A program made the translations under genes and the position numbers. From Octopus vulgaris (lineage: Eukaryota), in assembly GCA_951406725.2 (NCBI GenBank), contig OX597828.1, positions 63,612,001 to 63,676,000 on the forward strand: 64,000 nt of DNA, written 5' to 3'. The notes beneath the pieces were generated by a model. It saw only the letters and a program-made list of their open reading frames with translations. It made no database searches and had not been told where the DNA came from. Of this stretch, positions 1 through 10,624 are shown piece after piece (the first letter of the stretch is position 1; every line of letters starts with the position of its first letter).

Positions 1-315
1 GTTGTCTTAATCTTGGGACACGCTGGCAAGGACAACATAGAGTCAACCTTGGTCAGCTTGACATCCTCATTTTATCCAAACACCCAGACAAAAACAGTAG
101 TATGTCGTGATAAATGAAACATCACCAGAACTAAATAGGAAACATACGTAGAAGGTAGTCATACCCCTATATCCACAGTTTATATATATATATATACGAG
201 TGTGTTAAATAATAAAGCACTAAAAGAGAATGACTCTGGCTAGACACAACAAAATATGCTTCAACATACGAGCTCAAATAAAGATTCTTGCAAACCAAAT
301 CCCAAAACGAAATGG

Positions 316-358
<43 letters not shown>

Positions 359-584
359 TAAATAAATGGAGTTTAACGCAGGTGTAAATCAAATATTTTT
401 ACATATATATATATACATACATATATATATATACATATATATATACATATATATATATATGTATATATATATATACATATATATATGTATATATATATGT
501 ATATATATATATATAAATATATATAACATTATTGGTGAATTGAAGAAATGGAGCTGAACGCAGATTGAACAGAAATCGTTTTAT

Positions 585-620
<36 letters not shown>

Positions 621-629
621 GTATATATG

Positions 630-1025
630 TGTACTGTCGTTACTGTCCTGTTTTTTTACCATTTTTTTACCATTTTTTACCCCTCTGCGAAAAGATCTCA
701 GAATTTTAATTGATTTGCTTTTCGCAGGAAGGAAAGTTTCTTGTCGAAGATACGTCTCGCTTTTATCCTTCGAAACGTAGAGTAGATGAAACCTTAGCGA
801 CTGAAGAAGGGGTTTTTTCGTTGCGTTAATTGTCCTGTACTCCATTTTTTGTTGTTTTTAAAAAAATGTCCTGTTCCTTTGGTTTGTGTCTATGTTTTCG
901 TTTCTCTTTGTGTTCGACGTCCCTTTGGTGTCCTGTACTCATATATGCGTGTATATGTACATGTAGAGGTAGGTACGTACATATATGTTTATATATATGC
1001 ATATGTTTTATTTCATTTATTAATA
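630..1025 (+). mobile_element. Non-autonomous repeat carrying the permuted HHR (copy A)
   Basis: Homologous to 42975-43440 (-), 26931-27185, 27978-28235 and, more distantly, 55335-55625 (-). Flanked by (TA)n. Confidence 0.8.
751..812 (+). ncRNA. Candidate non-circularly permuted (pseudoknotted) hammerhead ribozyme, copy A
   Basis: TACGT-C-TCGCT (751-761) ... CCTTC-GAA-ACGTA (767-779) ... AGCGA-CTGAAGA-AGG (796-810). Stem III TACGT/ACGTA, stem I TCGCT/AGCGA, GUC triplet at 754-756. Confidence 0.7.
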
Positions 1026-1067
1026 TATATATATATATATATGTATATACATATATATATATATATA

Positions 1068-1148
<81 letters not shown>

Positions 1149-1223
1149 ATATATATGTATGTATATATGTATATATGTATATATATATGTATATATATAT
1201 GTATATATATATACGTATATATG

Positions 1224-1258
<35 letters not shown>

Positions 1259-1520
1259 GTGTATATATATATGTATATATGTATATATGTGTATATATGT
1301 ATATATGTGTATATATATGTATATATATATATATGTATATGTATATATGTCTCTCTCTCTATATATATATATGTGTATATATATATATGTATATATATGT
1401 ATATATATGTATATATATATGTATATATATGTATATATATGTATATATATATGTATATATATATGTATATATATATGTATGTATATATATATATATATAT
1501 GTATGTATATATATGTATAT

Positions 1521-1561
<41 letters not shown>

Positions 1562-1593
1562 TATATATGTATGTATATATGTATATATGTATA

Positions 1594-1911
1594 CAAAAAG
1601 CAATAAAGATTCAAGTTAATTTAAATGAATTTACTTGAATATGGTACCTAACTTAGATGCACCAAAAAAACTATACTGTTTTAACAATACAGTAATGTGG
1701 GGTGATTATAAGCGAGAAAGAAGCAACAAGAATGGATAGGTTTTTAGTACAATCGTTTCATACAAGGACAGGCTTTATTAAAAGTTGTAAAAATTACAGC
1801 ATATAAACGTGTCCTGTACTCATCAGCTAAAATACATGTGAGTTCTCTAGACATCCTATTGGTTGAGGTTATACTCATGAAGTAGATAATTAAGTAACAT
1901 AAACAGATTTC
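1594..1911 (-). repeat. Inverted 5' pseudo-LTR of the PLE
   Basis: Near-perfect reverse complement of ~1997-2315 (caaaaagcaataaagattcaag...aaacagatttc), with an ~85-bp spacer. Confidence 0.93.
1742..1832 (-). ncRNA. Type I hammerhead ribozyme in inverted pLTR
   Basis: Reverse complement of the 2076-2166 motif. Confidence 0.88.
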
Positions 1912-2075
1912 ACCTTCTCTGTGATACTGTTAAAACTTTTTAAAAAATTCTGTGATAAGACTGTACATCATCTTTAAAGAACTTTAATGAACTTTGGAAA
2001 TCTGTTTATGTTACTTAATTATCTACTTCATGAGTATAGCCTCAACCAATAGGATGTCTAGAGAACTCACATGTA

Positions 2076-2166
2076 TTTTAGCTGATGAGTACAGGACACG
2101 TTTATATGCTGTAATTTTTACAACTTTTAATAAAGCCTGTCCTTGTATGAAACGATTGTACTAAAA
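2076..2166 (+). ncRNA. Type I hammerhead ribozyme in 5' pLTR
   Basis: Stem I TTTTAG/CTAAAA; CTGATGA 2082-2088; stem II GTACAGGACA/TGTCCTTGTAT; GAAA 2149-2152; minimal stem III AC-GATT-GT; predicted cleavage after GUA (2160). Confidence 0.9.
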
Positions 2167-2294
2167 ACCTATCCATTCTTGTTGCTTCTTTCTCGCTTAT
2201 AATCACCACACATTACTGTATTGTTAAAACAGTATAGTTTTTTTTGGTGCATCTAAGTTAGGTACCATATTCAAGTAAATTCATTTAAATTAAC

Positions 2295-5219
2295 TTGAAT
2301 CTTTATTGCTTTTTGAATATATTCCCATACAGTCTGTATGTTTTTCTGGTACTTAATTTCTCAACAAGAATGGAAAAAGTAAACATTGAGTTCTCCCCTA
2401 AAGACATCCCCTTACATAGTATAGATGAATATAATTGGCTTCTCATTCATAGGATTAACGATTTCATTAGAAGAATCAGGTGGAAAACGTACCATTTTGA
2501 TGTCAAACAGAAGAAGAAACCACAGGAAAAGAATACCGAAAAGAATTTTAGAAGAATTTTTAAAAGTAGAAAAAGCCCACCTCAGAACCCATTCCTGGAG
2601 AACTTTGAGAAAGACTTGCTGAATCTTATAGATGATATTAGCTTCAAGGAACACCCGTTAAGGTATAACCCTCACCTTAGACGCCTTAGGAACTTTATTC
2701 AGTCAACCCGGTGCAAACATGGAATCCTAGTACCAGCAGATAAAACGGGTAATATGTATAGAGTTGATTACGATATTTATAGCAAATTAATTAGGAAGGA
2801 ACTAAACTCCAAATATAAAATTACGACTAAGAACAATTTGAAAAAAGTAAACATGGAAATGAAAGAGATCATGGAGAAACTAAATTTAACGGATAGAACG
2901 GAGCCACTTAAACCGTGTGAGCCCAGGATCAACCTTAAAGACCACAAAAAGAACTTCTTGGAAAACCCTTCGGTAAGGCTGATCTGTCCAACTAAGTCGG
3001 ACATTGGCCGACTTAGTAAATCTATCCTGGATACTGTTCTACCCCAAATAACCCCCCTTCTCCCCTTAAACCTATGGCTAAGTACGGACGAAGTTCTAAA
3101 ATGGTTTAACTCTCTAAATAATACTAGTAGTCTGTCCTTTATTCAGTTCGATATTAATAGTTATTACTCTAGTATTTCCCCTATCTTACTCAACAAATCA
3201 CTAATATTTGCCATGAATCGCTCCCTCATATCTAGAGAAGAAATCAATATTGTGCTACTAGCTAGGAAGACATTTATAGAATTTGAAGATAAATTATGGA
3301 CTAGAGCAGATACACCTAATTTTTTTGATATACCAATGGGTTCCAGTGATTCGGCTGAGGTAACCAACCTAGTAGGCGCATATCTATTAAAATGCATAAG
3401 CAAGGATATCCCAGAAATACAGGGGGGTCTATATAGGGATGATGCTCTGTTTGTTATCCCTAGTAATAATAAATCTGTTATAGAAAGGATTAGAAAGAAA
3501 ATTAATAAGTTCTTTAAGGATTTCAACCTCAGTATAACGTATGAACCGGGCACTAAAATAGTTAACTTCCTAGATATTACGCTAGACCTGAACTCCAAGC
3601 TACATTACCCATTTAGAAAGGAAGGCGAAATCACGAATTACGTAAATAAATTATCAAATCATCCCCCAAATATAATAGAATCTTTAGTAAGAAATATTTC
3701 ATTAAGAATTTCAAAATTATCATCCAATAAGGATATATTTAACTCCCATTCTGAGCATTATAATGCGGCGTTAACCAAGGCTGGATACAACCAAAAGATT
3801 ACATTCGTTGATAAGGGGAACTCATGTATTCCTAATAATGAAGTTATCAGTAATCACGTAAGCAGCAATACAGACCAAGCCCGAAATAAAAGTAGAATTA
3901 AATTAACGGTAAACGCTAATCTAGCGTACAGGCCCAACAATTCAAATAGAAGCATTGACCAGAAAATAGGTAAATCGGATAATATCGAAGTAGATAAACC
4001 TAAGATGCACACAAATAAAAATAAAAATAAAAATAATGGTAATAAATACAATAACTCCGGTGAGATGAATAGTAGTAATTCTAATAACCCTAAATTTAAT
4101 AAAAAAGATATATTATGGCTGAATATTCCTTTCAACTGTGCGATACAATCGGATATACAGAACAAATTCAAAGTAATTCTGGAAAAAAATTTCCCTATCT
4201 CTCATAGATATCATAGAATTATTTCTAGGAAAACAGTTAGGATTTCTTATTCAACCCTCCCAAATATGTCCACTTTAATAGCTAAGATTAATAATAACAA
4301 CATTAAACTAGCCAGGAAAGATAGAAATAAAAATAATAATATCAGCAGGAATACCAATAGCAATTATAATAATACTACCAACAATAAAAACAGCAATAGT
4401 AACTATCAAAACATAGGTGAAATTAGTAACCACAGAATGACTAATAACATTAACATTAATAGTAATAATAACAATGCCGATATTAATAGAAGTAATAATG
4501 TTAATAATAGAAATAATAGAAATAAGGCTAATGGAGAAAATAAGGAGAATGAAAATATCAGTGATATCTATAACAACAATATGCAGTCGGATAAAAAGAC
4601 TAACAATAATAGTAACATTACCAATAATATAAGAAATCATGGTAGGACTTTAGACCTAAATGATGAAACAGAAGGATCAATAAATAATAGCAATACTTTA
4701 GATATCAGCACTAACTATAGAAATGATAATCAAAGTAATAGGAACCTAAGACATCTACCCAAGAATAATCCAAAGCCTGAAGTTGTTCCTCCTGTGTGTA
4801 AGTGTAGAATAAAATCAAAATGCCCGGCACCTGGTCTATGTGGGGAAAATAATGTAATCTATAAATGTACCATATCCACGGAGAATAACAAATATTTTTA
4901 CATTGGATGTACAATTAATTTTCTTTCTAGAGTTAGAAATCACATCTCGTCTTTTAAATTACGTCATAAAGCTGGTACCACCACACTTTCAAACAAAATC
5001 TGGGAACTCAAAAATAATAATAATAATTATAACCTTAATTGGGAAATAGTTAGGAGAGCAATTCCGTACAAAAATAGTAGGGTTGGTTGCCAACTATGCT
5101 CCATGGAGACGTATGAAATTCTAAAGCATAGAAAACATAGAAACTTATTGAATAACCATATCGAACTAGGTCAAGTTTGTGTCCACGCTAAATTGAAGAC
5201 TTTAAAATATTTTAAATGA
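2295..5219 (+). CDS. Penelope-like element polyprotein: reverse transcriptase + Cys-rich linker + GIY-YIG endonuclease (probably Naiad-like; first ATG at 2370)
   Basis: 974-aa open frame. RT motifs: ADKTGN, LKDHK, FDINSYY, PMGS, GLYRDD, VNFLDITL, SNHPP. Then CKCxxxxxCPxxGLC, VIY...YIG...R...H (GIY-YIG), and CQLC...E...LLN...CVH at the C terminus. The ORF track start is a TTG codon. Confidence 0.96.
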   Translation: MNLYCFLNIFPYSLYVFLVLNFSTRMEKVNIEFSPKDIPLHSIDEYNWLLIHRINDFIRRIRWKTYHFDVKQKKKPQEKNTEKNFRRIFKSRKSPPQNPFLENFEKDLLNLIDDISFKEHPLRYNPHLRRLRNFIQSTRCKHGILVPADKTGNMYRVDYDIYSKLIRKELNSKYKITTKNNLKKVNMEMKEIMEKLNLTDRTEPLKPCEPRINLKDHKKNFLENPSVRLICPTKSDIGRLSKSILDTVLPQITPLLPLNLWLSTDEVLKWFNSLNNTSSLSFIQFDINSYYSSISPILLNKSLIFAMNRSLISREEINIVLLARKTFIEFEDKLWTRADTPNFFDIPMGSSDSAEVTNLVGAYLLKCISKDIPEIQGGLYRDDALFVIPSNNKSVIERIRKKINKFFKDFNLSITYEPGTKIVNFLDITLDLNSKLHYPFRKEGEITNYVNKLSNHPPNIIESLVRNISLRISKLSSNKDIFNSHSEHYNAALTKAGYNQKITFVDKGNSCIPNNEVISNHVSSNTDQARNKSRIKLTVNANLAYRPNNSNRSIDQKIGKSDNIEVDKPKMHTNKNKNKNNGNKYNNSGEMNSSNSNNPKFNKKDILWLNIPFNCAIQSDIQNKFKVILEKNFPISHRYHRIISRKTVRISYSTLPNMSTLIAKINNNNIKLARKDRNKNNNISRNTNSNYNNTTNNKNSNSNYQNIGEISNHRMTNNININSNNNNADINRSNNVNNRNNRNKANGENKENENISDIYNNNMQSDKKTNNNSNITNNIRNHGRTLDLNDETEGSINNSNTLDISTNYRNDNQSNRNLRHLPKNNPKPEVVPPVCKCRIKSKCPAPGLCGENNVIYKCTISTENNKYFYIGCTINFLSRVRNHISSFKLRHKAGTTTLSNKIWELKNNNNNYNLNWEIVRRAIPYKNSRVGCQLCSMETYEILKHRKHRNLLNNHIELGQVCVHAKLKTLKYFK

Positions 5220-6532
5220 TTAGAATATTCGTAACTAGATAGATAGATATAACTTGATTTCTACTAGTATAACACTGCTTTAAGTAGATAACTAAGAGTT
5301 CTCACACTACAGTTATCTTTTTCCTTATATCTGCATCAGGTTTTTTTTTGAGAACAGGGAAATGAATAGTACTTATACGCTGCTTAATTGAGGCTTTATT
5401 TAATTTCAAACTCATAATTTTAAATTCTTAATTTTAAATCTTAATTGTAATTTGTAATTTTAATTCCTAACTTAATCTAATTTAAGTAGCATAACTCTAA
5501 TAAAATAAAATGAGTTACTATAGCCCCATAATTCTATTTCGAAATTAAATAAATAAGGCTACTCCCTCGGTGATAATATGATTATCTTCATTATGATAGA
5601 CAATCCCCTAACACCTTGTAAATGATATTCTAAGATTTGACCTGTAGTCCGTCAATGTATGAATAATAAAGGCAACTCCTTAAGACAATATAATGAATAA
5701 ATTAAATAAGTAAACTTTAATGACTTTTTGATAAGATTATACTTAGATTTTCCTAATGTATTTTCTTTTGATTTTAGCATCTGACCCCTAAACCCCTGAC
5801 TGTGTTATCTCTTTTGATTCTCTTTAAATTCATAGCTGATTTCAACAGCAATAAATTAGCTGTTTTACTGGTCAAAGAATAATATTCTCCTCTAGTTCCT
5901 AGATGCCTGTAAATTAAAACCAGACTTGCCGTCTGCTAATTCTTCTGTATAACTAGAACCCTCTTTTTTTTTTTCTTTTTCTTTTTTCTTTTTTCTTTTT
6001 TTTCCCTTCTTTCCCTATTTCTTTCTCTTTTCTCTTTTTTCTTTTTCTTCTTCCTATTCTCTTTTTCCTTTCTCTTCTCTTTTAGTCCCTCTCCCCCCCC
6101 TTTTTTTGCTCCCTCCTCCTTTATTTTCTCTCTTTTCTTCTATTCCCTCCCCTTTTCTATTCTTTGCCTCTCTAGAAAGCCCTTCAGCCTTTAAAAGTTA
6201 AATAGCTACAGCCTCTTGTAAATAGCAGTAATGTGATTAATGTGGCAAATACCTAATCATATAACAAGAATTGATACCTACCTCATTGTGTTCAACCATT
6301 GATAAATTTATCGCCTGTGAATATGAAATTCCTCTTCATTTCTCTGGAAATTTACATCTACACCATTGGAAATTGTGCATCTATACAAAGGATTAATTCA
6401 CCCTCTCTGTAATGCTAATAAGCAGGAATTGAGACCCACCTCGTTGTGATTAACAATGGATAAATTTGTCGTCTGTGAGTATGTAATCCCTCATCATATC
6501 TCTGGATATTCATATGTGCACTGTGGATTAGG

Positions 6533-6820
6533 TCACCTTCTCTGTGATACTGTTAAAACTTTTTTAAAAATTCTGTGATAAGACTGTACATCATCTTTAA
6601 AGAACTTTAATGAACTTTGGAAATCTGTTTATGTTACTTAATTATCTACTTCATGAGTATAGCCTCAACCAATAGGATGTCTAGAGAACTCACATGTATT
6701 TTAGCTGATGAGTACAGGACACGTTTATATGCTGTAATTTTTACAACGTTTAATAAAGCCTGTCCTTGTGTGAAACGATTGTACTAAAAACCTATCCATT
6801 CTTGTTGCTTCTTTCTCGCT
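6533..6820 (+). repeat. 3' pseudo-LTR (direct repeat of 1910-2198)
   Basis: tcaccttctctgtgatactg...gttgcttctttctcgct is repeated with only a few differences. Confidence 0.94.
6699..6789 (+). ncRNA. Type I hammerhead ribozyme in 3' pLTR
   Basis: Same motif as 2076-2166; CTGATGA 6705-6711, GAAA 6772-6775, GTA 6781-6783. Confidence 0.88.
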
Positions 6821-6983
6821 GTATATATGTATATATATGTATGTATATATATATATATATGTATGTATATATGTATATATGTATATATATATATGTATAT
6901 ATGTATGTATATATATATGTATATATGTATGTATATATATATATATGTATATATGTATGTATATATATATGTATATATGTATG

Positions 6984-7015
<32 letters not shown>

Positions 7016-7537
7016 TATATATGTATATGTATATGTATGTATATATATGTATATGTATATATATATGTATATGTATATGTATATATATATGTATATATAT
7101 ATGTATATATATATGTATATATATATATGTATATATATATCTATATATATATATGTATATATGTGTATATGTGTATATATGTGTATATGTGTATATATGT
7201 ATATATGTGTATATATGCATATATATGTATATATGTGTATATATGTGTATATATGTATATATGTATATATATGTATATATGTATATATGTGTATATATGT
7301 ATATATATATATGTATATATGTATATGGATTCACATATGTGGTGCCCCAGCATGGCCGCGGCCTTCGGGCTAAAATATTTTTAAGGATTTAAGGTGTACA
7401 TATATATGTATATATATATATATGTATATGTATATATTTATTTATATATATATATATATATCTGTATGTTATATAGATGTACATATATATATATATGTAT
7501 ATGTATATATATGTATATGTATATATATGCATATATG

Positions 7538-7583
<46 letters not shown>

Positions 7584-7660
7584 CATATATATATGTTTAT
7601 ATGCATATATATATTTATGTATATGTATACATATGCGTGTGCGTGTTTATAACTATATAT

Positions 7661-7699
<39 letters not shown>

Positions 7700-8398
7700 T
7701 GTATATATGTACATATACACACACACATAAATATATTTGTGTTTTAATAGTACATATAAGTTAATAGTTTCACTCTGACCCTGCCCCCAGCCCCCATTCC
7801 CAACATTTATCCTCCCACAACTTCTACCCCTTTTCCCTTCTTTTCTTCCTCCACCCTCCTCTACCCACCATTTTTTGACATATCCTGCAGTTGTTCCACT
7901 GGAGGAAGCTCAACGCTGAGATTTCCCTGAGAGAAAGAAATATTGAATTTACGTACGAACCAAAATCAGTCTGTATGTGTGTATGAGTGCGCGCGCTCTG
8001 TGTAGCCGTGGTGTATATATATGTATGTATGTGTGTTTCTCTCTGTGTGTTTGTGTGTGTGTATGCGAGCGCGCTGTGTGTGGTTGTGGTGTATATATAT
8101 ATATATGTGTGTGTGCCTTTATGTATATATGTACATATAGCAATATTTAGCATTGTAAGCACTAAATTTAGATCAAAAAGAAATTAGTTGCCAACATGTG
8201 ATAGAATCAACAGTCCTGATATATGTGCTAGAGCATACATATACATACATATCATACATACATACATACACACACACATACTTACATACATACATACAAA
8301 CGGAGTTATATACACATTTGCGTGCATACAGATACATGCATATTTACATATATACACACAAGGTTACATATATGCATAAATTTGCATGCGCGTGTGTG

Positions 8399-8967
8399 TA
8401 TCCCAGAAGCATCACAGTTGCAGAGAACTCAGTACGCATGACTACTGGAACCTCGTTCAGGTCTCTGTAAAACCAGCTGCCGCTCTTTCGGTTTACCTTT
8501 TTTTTCCTCATGGAAGGTTTTTATCATCGGAGCAAAACCGTTGCTCTTCGAGGCTCTTGGTGTTTTAACTGGTATAACAAGCGCTTTCCACAGGTCAAAC
8601 GATTCTCCCTTGTCCCATCCGACATAAACTGGCTCCACTGCATCGCATACGACTTGTACCAGCTTTCCTCATACACAACTCTTCTGATGGTGCATTCTGA
8701 AAACTTGTGGCCCTTCGTATTGGTTTAATTCTGAGGATTTCATTGATTATTTCTTGGACTTTTTGTACAAAGTTACTTGGTCTGATGCTATTAGGACCCT
8801 GCACATGCATTTTGTTGTTAATTGCTGATGTTGGGTCCTCTTCGGCAGCTCTCATCCTCTTTCGAACTTTCAGGAAGCAGGTTATCTCTCTATCACTCTG
8901 CTAGCATTTTAAGACAGCGATTACAACAGGCCTTTCTATTTGCTGAGTCAACCTGGTGTTTGGCATT
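8399..8967 (-). pseudogene. Decayed Tc1/mariner-superfamily transposase
   Basis: Frameshifted translation includes NSIRPSNFVQKVQEIINE, YKSYAMQWSQFMS...RENRL, FCSDDK, KVNRKSGSW and VPVVMRTEFSATVMLLG, i.e. the region around the first catalytic D of a DDD/E transposase. Confidence 0.75.
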
Positions 8968-9165
8968 ATATATCTGAAAAGTAAGGTACAGAAAAAATAA
9001 ATTAGAAAAGAGTTAGAACTCTTGAAAGAGACGTCTTCAAAAAACATCACGAACCCTGGATATATATATATATATATATATATAATAATAAACATTAGGG
9101 AATAAATCCAAATTTACAGGGAAAAATCAGATTTATGATTGAATCCAATTTTATAGTAAAATATA

Positions 9166-9315
9166 ATATAATATTAATTAGAGACAAAACCACTATTATG
9201 CAAATCAAACAAAGAAAGACTTAATCCAATACATAAAAATTTTTATATAAATTAAATATAATTAAGATTTGTTTGATTTGCATAATAGTGGTTTTGTCTC
9301 TAATTAATATTATAT
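9166..9315. repeat. 48-bp perfect inverted repeat at the end of a small insert between (TA)n tracts
   Basis: 9166-9213 is the reverse complement of 9268-9315. Confidence 0.85.
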
Positions 9316-10392
9316 ATATATATATATAAGCATTCATGCGCACGTGTGCCAGTGTAGTTTATGCTGACGAAAACAAATAGTAGATTAGGTTTTTAAAAAA
9401 TCTTTATGAATAAATATTATCACTTGTTTCTCAATTTTTTTTTTGTAATAAAATGTCTCTGTGACATTAAAAATGTACGTAAATTTTCTTCATGCCTCGC
9501 GGCTTTCAAACATCTGAAGTTTATATAACAGTATGTATGTATGTATGTATGTATGTATGTATGTATGTATGTATGTATGTATGTATGTATGTATGTATGT
9601 ATGTATGTATGTATGTATGTATGTGTGTATGTATGTATGTATGTATGTATGTATGTATGTATGTATGTATGTATGTATGTATGTATGCATTTATATACAT
9701 ACATGTATGTATGAATAGATGTATGTATGCATGTATGTATGTATGTATGTATGTATGTATGTATGCACGTATGTATTTAGTGGCGGTGCTGGAGGTAGTG
9801 AAGGTCACATAGTACATGAATCGTGTATTGTTGTACAGACTTAGGTCATCGGTGATTGTGTTGGCGATTGTTGCTGGTGGCGGTGGGAGATGGCAATTGC
9901 GGTAGTGATGATGGTGATGGTGGATGTTGTAGTAGAGACAACAGAAGTAGTTGTGATAGTGATTGTGGTGTTGGCGGTGGTGGAGGATGAGGTTGTAGTA
10001 GAAATAATGATGATCCCATTGCAAGTATCGGGGTAAGCGCTGGGGGTAGTGGTGGCATTGGGACAAACGTTCCCTTCACCCTGAAACTACTCAGGTCAAC
10101 TCATACATACAAAGCTACACACACACATATAATGTACTGTTCCGTGATAGAAAGATCAATAAAACGTATATATATATATATATAAATTAATATACATATA
10201 TAAATATATTATATATATATATATATATATTAGTATGTATATTGTGTATATATATAATGTACTGTATTCGTTTTTCGTCTTTCCTGTTTCAGCTCAGAGC
10301 TGCGGCCATGCTGATTCACCGCCGTTTTGTGCTACACTGTTATTACGACGAACCTCGTCTAATATGTGGCACTTGGTGAAGAATGGAGTACC

Positions 10393-10456
10393 TATGTCCG
10401 GGTTCCAGTTAGTAATTTTCCTTATAAGGAAAATTACTAACTGGAACCCGGACATA
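10393..10456. repeat. 64-bp perfect palindrome
   Basis: tatgtccgggttccagttagtaattttcctta|taaggaaaattactaactggaacccggacata. Confidence 0.92.
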
Positions 10457-10624
10457 TATATACCGCTCTGGATCCTAATGTAAGCGTTATTATTAATATT
10501 ATGAATAATAATAATGGTAACATTAATGGTATTGACAACGATAATGATGCTAACTTTAATGACACTTTAGAAATTATTATGAAGTAATATAATGTACAAT
10601 TGACTATGTATATTTGCATCTAGG

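Larger units (their letters stand above)
1594..6820 (+). mobile_element. Full-length Penelope-like retroelement (inverted 5' pLTR + pLTR + RT/GIY-YIG ORF + long 3' UTR + 3' pLTR) inserted in a (TA)n/(TATG)n microsatellite
   Basis: Intact RT-GIY-YIG ORF; direct repeat 1910-2198 ~ 6533-6820; inverted copy 1594-1911 of ~1997-2315; an HHR in each repeat; both ends abut TA-rich simple repeats. This is canonical PLE architecture. Confidence 0.95.

Noticed and set aside
767-812. Reading the GAAA...CTGAAGA motif as an ordinary type II hammerhead
   Set aside because: No stem III or stem I hairpin can form between GAAA and CTGANGA in any copy; the pairing partners lie upstream.
2261-2331. Possible PLE-type intron upstream of the ORF (GT...cccatacAG)
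   Set aside because: Plausible for PLEs, but the donor site is ambiguous without transcript data.
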